A DNA stretch of 23,776 bases, taken from contig JANNBC010000008.1 of the NCBI GenBank assembly GCA_031385045.1, positions 1-23,776 of the forward strand, written 5' to 3'. Below, one piece after another: positions 1-10,432 of this stretch. Each line of letters opens with the position of its first letter. The first letter of the stretch is position 1. Origin of the DNA: a bacterium. Its GTDB lineage: Bacteria; Bdellovibrionota_C; UBA2361; CALJRW01. The notes under the pieces were generated by a model that did no database searches, was not told where the DNA came from, and saw nothing but the letters and a program-made list of their open reading frames with translations. The translations under genes and the position numbers were made by a program.

Positions 1-30
1 TGGAGGATAAGGATCGCATTTTTAGTTTAT

Positions 31-183
31 TGGGGTTTTAGTATATTTGTTTTCCCCAGCTAACATGCTTATAAAATAAGCATGTTAGCCTGAGCGTCCC
101 CCTTAGGTCACTTCAAGCGCTTCGCGCTTGATATACTAGGCGACTAATTTTAATACAGTAATTTCTAATGTCGCCTAGTATAT
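31..183. repeat. Cluster of tandem inverted repeats downstream of folE (terminator-like or REP-like)
   Basis: Perfect 14-bp IR gctaacatgcttat/ataagcatgttagc (59-72/76-89); 8-bp IR tcaagcgc/gcgcttga (113-120/124-131); perfect 14-bp IR atatactaggcgac/gtcgcctagtatat (131-144/170-183); weaker tgggg/cccca (31-58). Confidence 0.75.
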
Positions 184-764
184 TTAATTAAACTTAAAAA
201 TTCCTTGCGTGTCTCTTCTTTTTGGAAAACGCCAGTTAAGGCAGAGGTCGTAGTTATTGAATTCTGCTTTTGCACTCCACGCATCATCATGCACATGTGC
301 CTAGCTTCAATTACAACACCTACTCCGAGTGGATTTAAAGTTGTTTGTAAGCAATTAACAATTTGATCTGTCAGTCTCTCTTGAACTTGAAGGCGACGAG
401 CAAAGATATCAATAATTCGTGGTATTTTGCTGAGCCCTACAATTTTACCATTAGGAATATAGGCAACATGAGCTTTACCAAAAAAAGGTAAGAGATGATG
501 CTCACAGAGAGAATAAAGTTCAATATCTTTCACAATTACCATGTTGCGATATTCTTCATGGAAAATTGCGGAGCGGAGAACTTCTGCTGGATCTTGCTGA
601 TAGCCACTTGTCATAAACTGAATCGACTTGGCTGCTCTTTCGGGAGTTTTAAGTAATCCTTCACGCGTAGAATCTTCTCCAAGCAAATCAATAATCCCTT
701 GGTAGTATTCTGATAATTCAGGAGTAAATAACTGAGCTACTTTTTTAATATTTTTATGAGGCAT
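165..764 (-). CDS. folE: GTP cyclohydrolase I (type IA, Zn-dependent)
   Basis: Signature motifs [48 protein letters not shown]. Confidence 0.98.
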   Translation of the reverse strand: MPHKNIKKVAQLFTPELSEYYQGIIDLLGEDSTREGLLKTPERAAKSIQFMTSGYQQDPAEVLRSAIFHEEYRNMVIVKDIELYSLCEHHLLPFFGKAHVAYIPNGKIVGLSKIPRIIDIFARRLQVQERLTDQIVNCLQTTLNPLGVGVVIEARHMCMMMRGVQKQNSITTTSALTGVFQKEETRKEFLSLIKYTRRH

Positions 765-772
765 GTAATTTC

Positions 773-1804
773 CTAGTGGCTTACAACACCATTCGCTGCA
801 AGTTCTGTTTGATAATACAGTAAATTAAATTTATCAGCTAATTTGCCTAATTCCTTAGCGTCTTGATGATAAGCTAGGATTGTACCACCACCTCCGGCAC
901 CACAAAGTTTAGCTCCACCACCAATTTGTTGGATTGCTATTTGAATTTTATCTAGTAGGGGAGTTGAGACGCCAAGTTCTGCCAAACGCAAATGGGTTTC
1001 ATTTAAATAATAAGCAACTTTCTTAAAATCATTGCTAGTTAAGGCTAGTAGTAGTGGTTCAATATAAGAAGTAATTTGCTGGCAACGCTCATTTCTAAAA
1101 GTTGGATCTAATCTCGAAACTTGTTGGACTAATTCACCTGTATTTTTTTCAGGTTTCCCAGTAAAAATTAAAACAAAATTCTTACTTGTCTCTGATAGAT
1201 CGAGATCCACCGGTTGCATTTGGTATTGTTTAGATTCACTGTTCTGTTGAAATTTGATTAATCCACCATAACAACAGGTTGTATTGTCACCACCAGAAGG
1301 ATTACCATTTATTAGTTGTTCAATGCACAAGGCCTGTTGATTGATTTTTTCTAAATCAAAACTTAAATGAAAAAACTTTTGAAATCCAGCAGATAAAGCT
1401 ACAGCAAAAGAGGCAGACGAACCTAAGCCAGAACCCTGAGGTAGAGTTGATGATTCCTGAATCTCTAGGCCGTCAGTAATATTAAATTTTTTGAATAATG
1501 TCCCAAGGGCTATTTTGATAAAATTTATTGGTTGCGCTTTGGAATGGGAAAATAATTTTGAAAAATCGTTGGTTATTTGACCTTGACTCCATAGTTCTGA
1601 AGCCTGCTCTGCCAGATCAAGCAACTCTTGAAGCTCAAAAATATTTTCTTGATTTTTAAGTGTAAACTTTATTTTTGAGGATTCTTTAAGGATTAAATTA
1701 GTGCGTAGATTTATTGCGCTAATAATCGCGGGCTCTCCATAAACAACACTATGCTCACCAATTAAATGAACTTTTCCAGGTGCTGATACTTGAATTGATC
1801 TCAT
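773..1804 (-). CDS. mvk: Mevalonate kinase (GHMP family)
   Basis: [36 protein letters not shown] and KLCGAGGGG are GHMP motifs in the mevalonate kinase pattern. Confidence 0.9.
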   Translation of the reverse strand: MRSIQVSAPGKVHLIGEHSVVYGEPAIISAINLRTNLILKESSKIKFTLKNQENIFELQELLDLAEQASELWSQGQITNDFSKLFSHSKAQPINFIKIALGTLFKKFNITDGLEIQESSTLPQGSGLGSSASFAVALSAGFQKFFHLSFDLEKINQQALCIEQLINGNPSGGDNTTCCYGGLIKFQQNSESKQYQMQPVDLDLSETSKNFVLIFTGKPEKNTGELVQQVSRLDPTFRNERCQQITSYIEPLLLALTSNDFKKVAYYLNETHLRLAELGVSTPLLDKIQIAIQQIGGGAKLCGAGGGGTILAYHQDAKELGKLADKFNLLYYQTELAANGVVSH

Positions 1805-2562
1805 CAGATATCAGTAGGTTGGTTAATGAAAAAAGTTTCTAGTTGGAAATTGCTTTCTAGCCATTTACCTAAAGCTTTAATGCCAATAGTTTCTGTCGCA
1901 TAGTGGCCAAGAAAAAGTGCATTTTGCTGATTATCTTTTGCATCATGAAAGACTGCTTGTTTTGGTTCTCCCGAGATAAATAAATCATATTTGCCATAGC
2001 ATTGTTCCAGGGCAAAGCTACCACTGCCACTTACGATTGCACATGTAAATATTTCTTTATTTCCAAAAGGAAGGCTCAAGTTAAATTTGAAACCTGCTAG
2101 CTGTTCTGCTTTACTCAAAAAATATTCTAGATTCTTCGGTTGTTCCAACTTACCAGCGCACCCAAAAAACTTTCCTCCGGGTAATGGACCAAATCCTTGG
2201 AGTTCTTCTAATTCAAAAAGTCGCGCCAGTTCATAGTTATTGCCAACAAAGGGATTGCCATCAAGTGGTAAGTGTTGGGCAATTAGGGAGCAAGAATTAG
2301 ATAATAGCGTATCGATTTTTTTAGCGACAAGTCCAGTTACAGAAGTTGCTTGTCCCCAAAAAAGTCCGTGATGAACTATTAGTAAATCTGCATTTTTATC
2401 AACAGCTTCTTGGATTACTGAAAGCCCAGAGTCAACTGCTAAGGCAATTTTTTTGATGGCAGTATTTTTACTTTCTACTTGTAATCCATTTACTGAATCA
2501 TCTGGATATTCTGAGGTTTCCAAGAAATTACTAATTGCTTGATTTAATTGCCAAATGTTCAT
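1804..2562 (-). CDS. Nif3/DUF34 (YbgI-like) dinuclear metal-centre protein
   Basis: NGLQVE, ALAVD, IVHHGLFW, HLPLD..GNN, GHYATE. ATG at 2562 preferred over the upstream TTG at 2583. The stop overlaps the mvk start (TGATG). Confidence 0.93.
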   Translation of the reverse strand: MNIWQLNQAISNFLETSEYPDDSVNGLQVESKNTAIKKIALAVDSGLSVIQEAVDKNADLLIVHHGLFWGQATSVTGLVAKKIDTLLSNSCSLIAQHLPLDGNPFVGNNYELARLFELEELQGFGPLPGGKFFGCAGKLEQPKNLEYFLSKAEQLAGFKFNLSLPFGNKEIFTCAIVSGSGSFALEQCYGKYDLFISGEPKQAVFHDAKDNQQNALFLGHYATETIGIKALGKWLESNFQLETFFINQPTDI

Positions 2563-2603
2563 TGATGATATGGATTTTTTCAAAATTACTAGGAACTTAT
2601 CAG

Positions 2604-2681
2604 GTGTAAAGAATCCACCTTCGCCCTATGGGCTTCGGTGGATGAATCTGAATTTTTTCAAAATTCAGATTCACTTTACAC
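2604..2681. repeat. Branched palindromic element (REP-like core plus a 13-bp hairpin) in the divergent nif3/accD gap
   Basis: Outer stem gtgtaaag/ctttacac encloses atccacc-ttc-gccc-tat-gggc-ttc-ggtggat (2613-2643) and gaatctgaatttt-ttc-aaaattcagattc (2644-2672). Confidence 0.7.
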
Positions 2682-2712
2682 ATCTTTTGTTAAGCGATAT
2701 GTTAGCCCAACT

Positions 2713-3567
2713 ATGAGTTGGTTTACAAGAAGCAAAGCTCCAAGACCTGTTCTGGAGCAAAATGAAAAATTAGAGATTCCTGATGATATTTGGTCAAAGT
2801 GTCCATCTTGTCAGGCAGTGTTGTATACTCGCGATCTTCGCCGAAGTTTCGGGGTTTGTAGTCACTGTAATTATCATTTTCGTTTGAAATCAAGCGAAAG
2901 GATTCCTTTATTGGTTGATCGTCACTCATTCGTTGAGTTAGATCGCAACCTTAAATCGGTTGATCCTTTGAATTTTAAAGATTCCAAAAAATACAAAGAT
3001 AGAATTAAGGCTGCTGAAAAAAGTAGTGGTTCTAACGAAGCGGTAATCACTGGTCGCGCTCGAATTCTAAATGTACCTGTAATGTTGGGGGTTTTTGAGT
3101 TTAGCTACATGGCTGGAAGTATGGGGTCTGTCGTGGGTGAGAAGCTGACCAGATTAGTCGAGCTTGGGGTTGAAGAAAAACGTCCTGTTATTATCATTTC
3201 AGCCTCGGGTGGTGCCAGAATGCAAGAGGGGATTTTTTCACTAATGCAAATGGCAAAGGTCAGTGCCGCGTTGGCTCGTTTAGGGCAAGTTCGGGTTCCT
3301 TATATTTCTTTATTAACAGATCCAACCACTGGCGGAGTTGCAGCATCCTTTGCTATGTTAGGTGATGTTATTTTAGCTGAACCTAAAGCCTTAATTGGCT
3401 TTGCTGGACCGCGCGTAATTGAGCAAACTATTCGACAAAAATTACCGGAAGGTTTTCAAAGATCGGAATTTTTATTGGAACATGGGATGATCGATCGAAT
3501 TGTTACTAGAGCAAAGTTAAGAGAAGAAATTGCTTTAATCCTGACAAATTTTGGATTTGGTAATTAA
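2713..3567 (+). CDS. accD: Acetyl-CoA carboxylase carboxyltransferase beta subunit
   Basis: C4 zinc finger WSKCPSC...VCSHC, GSMGSVVGEK, SGGARMQEG, PTTGGVAASFA, GFAGPRVIEQT. The start MSWF at 2713 is typical of AccD; the GTG at 2638 lies inside the palindrome. Confidence 0.98.
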   Translation: MSWFTRSKAPRPVLEQNEKLEIPDDIWSKCPSCQAVLYTRDLRRSFGVCSHCNYHFRLKSSERIPLLVDRHSFVELDRNLKSVDPLNFKDSKKYKDRIKAAEKSSGSNEAVITGRARILNVPVMLGVFEFSYMAGSMGSVVGEKLTRLVELGVEEKRPVIIISASGGARMQEGIFSLMQMAKVSAALARLGQVRVPYISLLTDPTTGGVAASFAMLGDVILAEPKALIGFAGPRVIEQTIRQKLPEGFQRSEFLLEHGMIDRIVTRAKLREEIALILTNFGFGN

Positions 3568-3571
3568 TTGA

Positions 3572-3629
3572 AAGTTCTCCGGTAAGCCAGAGAACTTCTA
3601 CATACTTTAGCTAGCTGGTTTGAGTATGT
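3572..3629 (+). terminator. Two adjacent hairpins between accD and lptD (possible terminator or mRNA stabiliser)
   Basis: aagttctc/gagaactt (3572-3597) and acatact/agtatgt (3600-3629); no strong U-tract. Confidence 0.3.
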
Positions 3630-3652
3630 GTTTAATTCTATAAATCAACTAA

Positions 3653-6133
3653 GTGAATTATCGAATATCTTTTTTCACCTTGTTATTATCTTGCTTATTC
3701 TTCCAGCAAGAAATCTTCGCCCAAGTTGACACACCAAATCCACAGGGATTGTTCCTGCAAGATAGTGCAACCTATCAAAGAATTAAAACTAAGAAAAAAG
3801 AATCGATCCTAAAAAGCGATGCCCCTGATAATAATAATTTGCAAATCTCCTCAACCGATTTGAAGTATCAGCCAGGACAAAATAAAATAAAATTAGAGAA
3901 CGGTTTAGTACTCAGTCGGGGGGACGTTCAGATTCAGGCAGATAAAGGTCAGTACGACATGGATCAGCAAAAGGCGACAGTTGAGGGGAATGTCTTCTTT
4001 GGTTGGCCCGCAGGTTCAATAGCTTCTGATTCAGCCGAAGTTGATTTAGAAACAGAAACTGGCACTTTTAAAAATGCAACATTAATCGCAGAGCAAAGCG
4101 ATTTTAATATTAAAGCCAAAGAAGTCAGTAAAGTTTCTGAGTTCGATTATTATTTCAAGGAACCGTTACTTTCTCCATGCCAATGTGCTGACGGAAGTCA
4201 GCCTTGGTCAATCACTTGTTCTGACTTAAAGGTTCGAGAAGAGGGCTATGGCACAGCTACAGATTTTCGATTTAAGATTAATCAAAAAACAGCATTATAT
4301 TTGCCAAAGGTTATGTTTCCTTTTAAGCGTGAAAGGCAATCTGGGTTATTGGTGCCACGTTTTGGCTATAGTAATGTTAATGGAACATTATTTACGATTC
4401 CATATTTTTATGATGTTGATGATAGTACTGATTTAATTATTCGACCCTTTACCGAATCGCGAACAAGAAATGGTGTTGCGGTGGATTACAACGAAGTCTT
4501 TTCAACTCGAAGTAAGTTAACTAGTAGGTTTTATTTTTCTGATGAATCTATTCGTAATGGTGAAAATCGTGGAACTAATACTGCTGATTTATTTGATAAG
4601 ACTTTTAATGATCAAAGGATGGCTGGTTTTCTAAAGCACCAGTGGAGTAACCCAACACAAAGTGACATTCCCGTTACATGGATCTCTGATCTGCATCTTG
4701 TTAGTGACAGTTTGTTTATGAGAGAGTTTGATGACCCACAACTTGGTCTTTATAATTCTCGTTTTACAACAAGTCGTTCTGTAATGAGAGCCAATATTGA
4801 TCCACTATTAACGGCAGAATTTTCTGGGGAATATAACCAAACACTGCAGACCAATCAGGATTTAATCTTTCAAAGAACACCTGAAGTAAATCTTCGCTCT
4901 CAGAAAGTTTTACATCCCTTTGGACAGAATCTTTTGGGGTTGAAGTTAGTTGCTGCTAATAATCTCCAAGCAGTTAATTTTAGCCGAACTACAGGTTATG
5001 AAGGGCAAAGGGTGGACTTAAATCCATCTTTAAAGGTTCCTTATCATTATAAGAATTATTTAAATGGTGACTTGAAAGGGGTTTATAATTCTACAAGCTA
5101 TAGTTTAAGTAATAATCTGGATCCAGCAGATCCAGCAAATGTGGTTTCCGAGGATCGCCGAAATGTTTATACATTATCTGCCAATGTTGGAACAGAAGTT
5201 GAGCGTGTTTCTCCTGTTGGCAAAGCTTCACCACTTGCTTGGATGACTTCTATCGGAAGAAGTCATCAAACTACTCGTTTAACAAAAATTAAACAGACAA
5301 TTGAGCCAAGAGTTTCCTTTACATATGTTCCCCAAGAAGATCAGAATAGCCTGCCATTGTTTGATTCTGTGGATCGTATCCGAGAAAGACAATTAGTTGG
5401 GATGCAAGCTCGCAGTAGTATCTATGGAAAATTTGAGCCGATTGATACCGTCGCCGATTCTATTCCAGAACTTGCTCCTGAAATTGGTAGTGTTCCCGCA
5501 GTTAGTTCCTTAGAAACATTATCCTATCCTGGTGTTTCTGCATCTTCCCGAGAACTATTACCAAAGCCTGTTTTAAATAGCGCTTCGATTCGAGAATTAG
5601 CAAGTGTTTCTATGTATCAAACCTATGATTATATAGATCATACTCCCAGTGGAACTGCGGTTGGGGATCCGACAGCTTCGCCATGGTCAGACTTAGGTAC
5701 TACTTTTGGGATGTATCCAAGTAATTATTTGGCAATGATGTTGGATTCTAACTTTGATACAGAAAGACAAGACTTTTCATCTTGGGGTGGGCGCACTCAT
5801 TTTTATGATGATCGCGGAGATAGCCTTAGACTTCGCTATTCTTATTTAGAACAAAGTATTAGTCAGTTAGAGGGTAATATTGAGGTTTTTATTAATGAAA
5901 GATTAAGGCTTGGTTATTACGCTCGATATAATCAAAGTAATAAAGAATTTATTGATAATCAATTTGCAGTTCGCTTAAATAGTGAATGTAATTGTTGGAA
6001 TTTAGATTTGGGTTTTCGTGAGAGAATTAATCCAAACTCCAAAGATTTTATTGCCACAATCACCCTCAAAGGTTTAGGCGCTTTAAATCAAGGTTTTTCC
6101 TTATTACAAGATCCAAATGCAGTTAGTAACTAA
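3653..6133 (+). CDS. lptD: LPS-assembly outer-membrane protein LptD
   Basis: Signal peptide; OstA-like beta-jellyroll (IQADKGQYD..ATVEGNV); ERQSGLLVPRFGYSN..G..PYFY motif; beta-rich barrel; C-terminal CNCW..ITLKGLG; 826 aa. Confidence 0.9.
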   Translation: MNYRISFFTLLLSCLFFQQEIFAQVDTPNPQGLFLQDSATYQRIKTKKKESILKSDAPDNNNLQISSTDLKYQPGQNKIKLENGLVLSRGDVQIQADKGQYDMDQQKATVEGNVFFGWPAGSIASDSAEVDLETETGTFKNATLIAEQSDFNIKAKEVSKVSEFDYYFKEPLLSPCQCADGSQPWSITCSDLKVREEGYGTATDFRFKINQKTALYLPKVMFPFKRERQSGLLVPRFGYSNVNGTLFTIPYFYDVDDSTDLIIRPFTESRTRNGVAVDYNEVFSTRSKLTSRFYFSDESIRNGENRGTNTADLFDKTFNDQRMAGFLKHQWSNPTQSDIPVTWISDLHLVSDSLFMREFDDPQLGLYNSRFTTSRSVMRANIDPLLTAEFSGEYNQTLQTNQDLIFQRTPEVNLRSQKVLHPFGQNLLGLKLVAANNLQAVNFSRTTGYEGQRVDLNPSLKVPYHYKNYLNGDLKGVYNSTSYSLSNNLDPADPANVVSEDRRNVYTLSANVGTEVERVSPVGKASPLAWMTSIGRSHQTTRLTKIKQTIEPRVSFTYVPQEDQNSLPLFDSVDRIRERQLVGMQARSSIYGKFEPIDTVADSIPELAPEIGSVPAVSSLETLSYPGVSASSRELLPKPVLNSASIRELASVSMYQTYDYIDHTPSGTAVGDPTASPWSDLGTTFGMYPSNYLAMMLDSNFDTERQDFSSWGGRTHFYDDRGDSLRLRYSYLEQSISQLEGNIEVFINERLRLGYYARYNQSNKEFIDNQFAVRLNSECNCWNLDLGFRERINPNSKDFIATITLKGLGALNQGFSLLQDPNAVSN

Positions 6134-6153
6134 AATTTAGTCCACAGCTAAGT

Positions 6154-6182
6154 TTGCATTCAATCTTAAAAAGCTATAAATT
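6154..6182 (+). promoter_or_regulatory. Candidate sigma70-type promoter for rmlB
   Basis: TTGCAT-17 nt-TAAATT, ending 27 nt before the ATG. Confidence 0.3.
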
Positions 6183-6209
6183 ATCCCAGTCAAAATTTAA
6201 CCAATTAAT

Positions 6210-7232
6210 ATGAATAATATTGTTATTACTGGAGCTGCTGGCTTCATTGGAAGTAACTTAGCCTATCTTGTAAATGATAAATATCCTAACGCTAGGATTT
6301 ATCTGATCGATGCCTTGACTTATGCTGGTAACATGGAGAACATTGCTCCATTACTTAAAGAAGATCGAGTAACTTTTCATAAGATTGATATTGCTAATTC
6401 TCAGCAAGTAACAGATTTCTTTAGTTCCAATCTGGTTGATTATGTCTTTCACTTAGCTGCGGAGTCTCATGTCGATCGATCGATTCATAGTGCTGCTGAA
6501 TTTGTAACAACAAATGTTCTGGGAACACAAAATTTATTAGATCAAGCCAGAAACTCTAAGGTTAAGAGATTTATTCATATCTCTACTGATGAAGTCTATG
6601 GGGCATTAGGTGCAACTGGAAAATTTCATGAGACTACGCCGTTAGATCCAACAAGTCCTTATGCCGCCTCAAAAGCTTCTTCTGATTTATTAGTTTTAGC
6701 TGCTGCGAAAACTCATGGTTTTGATGCTGTTGTTACTAGATGTACTAATAATTATGGACCATATCAATTTCCGGAGAAACTAATTCCACTCTTTATTACT
6801 AATGCTCTAGAAGATAAAGCCTTGCCGGTTTATGGTGATGGTCAACAGATTCGACATTGGGTTTATGTACAGGATCATTGCGAAGCATTAATTGCTGTCG
6901 CCGAGCGAGGCCAAACAGGGGAGGTTTATAATATCGGTGGACCAGAGGAATCAGAGTTACCAAACTTAACTGTTACCACTGAAATTCTTAGACTTCTTAA
7001 TAAGCCTGTATCTTTAATTAAAAGAGTTGAAGATCGCCTAGCTCATGATCGCCGCTATTGTGTGGATATTTCTAAGATTTCTAAAGAATTAGGTTGGACT
7101 CCTAAGGTTGATTTCCCTAGGGGCTTAGAGCTAACGATCAATTGGTATTTAGAAAATAAAGAATGGTGGAGTAAGATTAAGTCTGGCGAATATTTAGAAT
7201 TCTATCAGCAGCATTATGGTAAATCTCTATGA
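6210..7232 (+). CDS. rfbB: dTDP-glucose 4,6-dehydratase
   Basis: TGAAGFIG, DALTYAGN, HLAAESHVDRSI, STDEVYG, YAASK, NNYGPYQFPEKLIP, HDRRY. Confidence 0.97.
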   Translation: MNNIVITGAAGFIGSNLAYLVNDKYPNARIYLIDALTYAGNMENIAPLLKEDRVTFHKIDIANSQQVTDFFSSNLVDYVFHLAAESHVDRSIHSAAEFVTTNVLGTQNLLDQARNSKVKRFIHISTDEVYGALGATGKFHETTPLDPTSPYAASKASSDLLVLAAAKTHGFDAVVTRCTNNYGPYQFPEKLIPLFITNALEDKALPVYGDGQQIRHWVYVQDHCEALIAVAERGQTGEVYNIGGPEESELPNLTVTTEILRLLNKPVSLIKRVEDRLAHDRRYCVDISKISKELGWTPKVDFPRGLELTINWYLENKEWWSKIKSGEYLEFYQQHYGKSL

Positions 7233-8104
7233 AGTTATTATTATTTGGTGGGTCAGGTCAGTTAGGTTATGAAATTATTTCCCGTTGTCGTGATCTAAAT
7301 TTTAAGATCATTTCACCAGTCACCTCAGAGGTCGATGTTACTCTAGCTGAACAAGTAGATTTCTTAGTTGAAAAGTTTAAGCCTGATGTTGTGATTAATT
7401 GTGCAGCCTATACTGCAGTAGATTTAGCAGAGACAGAACAGCAGCGAGCATTTGAGATTAATGAACTTGGGGTTAAAAATATTGCGACCGCTGTTGCCAG
7501 AAATAAATCTTATCTAGTGTCTATTTCAACCGACTATGTTTTTGATGGCAAAAAGGGAACCGCTTACCAAGAAACTGACCCAACTAATCCAATTAATGTT
7601 TATGGTCAATCAAAGTTAGCGGGTGAAAAGGCTGCTTTAGAGATACTTGGAGATCGAGCTTTAATTGTTAGAACTTCTTCACTTCATGGACAAAGAGGAA
7701 ATAACTTCGTTCACACCATGTTGAGATTGTTTCAAGAAAGAAAATCACTTGATATTGTTAGTGATCAATCAATGACTGTAACTTGGGCAGGATGGCTTGC
7801 TGAAGTAATTCTTGACTTAGCCAGACTGCGAGCCAGTGGCGTAGTTCATGCTGCCGGTCAAGGAGCACTTACTTGGTATGACTTTGCCAAAGAAATTTTG
7901 GAAGTATCTAAAGAGCATAATTCCCGTATACCTAAAGATTTTCAGCTTAATCCAATATCAGCTAAGGAGTTTAATCGCCCAGCTGCTAGGCCAGAGTATT
8001 CTGTCTTGGATAGTTCTAAGTTAGCTGGTATTCTTGGTTATCAACCAATTTCTTGGAAAGAGGGACTGCTTTCCCATTTAAAACAAATTAAATTTCAACA
8101 ATAA
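7229..8104 (+). CDS. rfbD: dTDP-4-dehydrorhamnose reductase
   Basis: GGSGQLG, NCAAYTAVDLAE, STDYVFDG, YGQSKLAGE, AARPEYSVL; ATGA overlap with rfbB. Confidence 0.97.
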   Translation: MKLLLFGGSGQLGYEIISRCRDLNFKIISPVTSEVDVTLAEQVDFLVEKFKPDVVINCAAYTAVDLAETEQQRAFEINELGVKNIATAVARNKSYLVSISTDYVFDGKKGTAYQETDPTNPINVYGQSKLAGEKAALEILGDRALIVRTSSLHGQRGNNFVHTMLRLFQERKSLDIVSDQSMTVTWAGWLAEVILDLARLRASGVVHAAGQGALTWYDFAKEILEVSKEHNSRIPKDFQLNPISAKEFNRPAARPEYSVLDSSKLAGILGYQPISWKEGLLSHLKQIKFQQ

Positions 8105-8106
8105 GA

Positions 8107-9174
8107 ATGAGTAAAATTTATCCGGTAATTATCGCTGGTGGCAGTGGTACGCGTTTTTGGCCAATGAGTCGCAAAGACTTACCTAAACAATTTCTCAAGT
8201 TTGGAGATGGAAGTCATAGCCTAATTCAAGCAACCGCGGAGAGAATGTCTCTTGTTACAGATGAAAAGATTTTAGTTGTGACCAGCGCTAATCATGCTGA
8301 GCTTTGTGCGGAGCATTTACCAACAGCTCAAATTGTCACAGAACCATTAGCTAAAAACACAGCTGCCCCGATAGCTTTAGCCGCTGCAATTCTTTCCAAG
8401 ATTGATCCGGAAGCTTTGATGCTCACAACTTGGTCAGATGCTGCTATTAAAAATGAAGCAGAGTTTAAGCGTGTAATTAATCTTGCAGTTAACTATATTG
8501 ATCAGCATGAAACTTTAGGTTTAATTGCGGTTCCGCCAGAATTTCCTAACACTGGTTATGGCTATATTGAGACTGCCGAAGAGTTACTGACGGATTGTTT
8601 TCAAGTTAAGCAATTCCGGGAAAAACCAGATCTAGCAACCGCGAAAAAGTTTGTAGCTGCTGGTAATTTCTTTTGGAATCCTGGGATTTTTATTTGGAAA
8701 GTAAGTCAAATTATTAATGCCTTTCAGCAGTATCTTCCGGAGATTGGTAGCTGGATTCCAAAGCTTCAATTTGCTATTGGAACGGATCAAGAGTTTGAAG
8801 TAATAAGAGAGTTTTTTGAAACTGTGCCTTCGATTTCCATTGATAATGGTATTTTAGAACAAGCTACTTCTTTAACACTTTTTCAAGCTCATAATCTTGG
8901 ATGGAGTGATATTGGTTCTTGGGATGTCTGGGCTGATTTTCATGCCCCTGATGAAAATAGTAATACAATTCAAGGTCAAGCAGTTTGTCTGAAATCAAAT
9001 AATAATATGATTAAGGTTTCTGATAGTAAAAAGCTTGTAGCACTCTATGGTATTGATGATTTGATTATTGTTGATACAGAGGAAGCACTTTTAGTCTGTA
9101 AAAAACAGGATGCCCAAAGTGTTAAAGAGATTGTTCAGGAGCTACAAAGAATGAACCGTTCTGATTTGCTATAA
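8107..9174 (+). CDS. manC: Mannose-1-phosphate guanylyltransferase (monofunctional, no C-terminal PMI cupin)
   Basis: AGGSGTRFWPMSR..PKQF, EP..KNTAAP, TGYGYI, FREKP, SID, WSDIGSW; only 355 aa. Confidence 0.93.
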   Translation: MSKIYPVIIAGGSGTRFWPMSRKDLPKQFLKFGDGSHSLIQATAERMSLVTDEKILVVTSANHAELCAEHLPTAQIVTEPLAKNTAAPIALAAAILSKIDPEALMLTTWSDAAIKNEAEFKRVINLAVNYIDQHETLGLIAVPPEFPNTGYGYIETAEELLTDCFQVKQFREKPDLATAKKFVAAGNFFWNPGIFIWKVSQIINAFQQYLPEIGSWIPKLQFAIGTDQEFEVIREFFETVPSISIDNGILEQATSLTLFQAHNLGWSDIGSWDVWADFHAPDENSNTIQGQAVCLKSNNNMIKVSDSKKLVALYGIDDLIIVDTEEALLVCKKQDAQSVKEIVQELQRMNRSDLL

Positions 9175-9323
9175 TCCTAAATCTGGATAGATTCGCCTTG
9201 TCAGGAGCAATTCAAAATTGTACTTTTTGCAAGTTTCGTGTAGTGTCTTCCAAAGTTTTCTCCTACTGTTTTAGACGGCCTTTGTTATTGCTAAGAGCTC
9301 TATGAAACAGTATATATTTTGTT

Positions 9324-10415
<1,092 letters not shown>

Positions 10416-10432
10416 TTTACTGTTTGTTTAAA

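Noticed and set aside
58..91. Integron attC site (GCTAAC...GTTAGC ends)
   Set aside because: Only about 33 bp and a perfect palindrome, with no L boxes or extrahelical bases. There is no cassette array, and I see no evidence the recombinase is an IntI.
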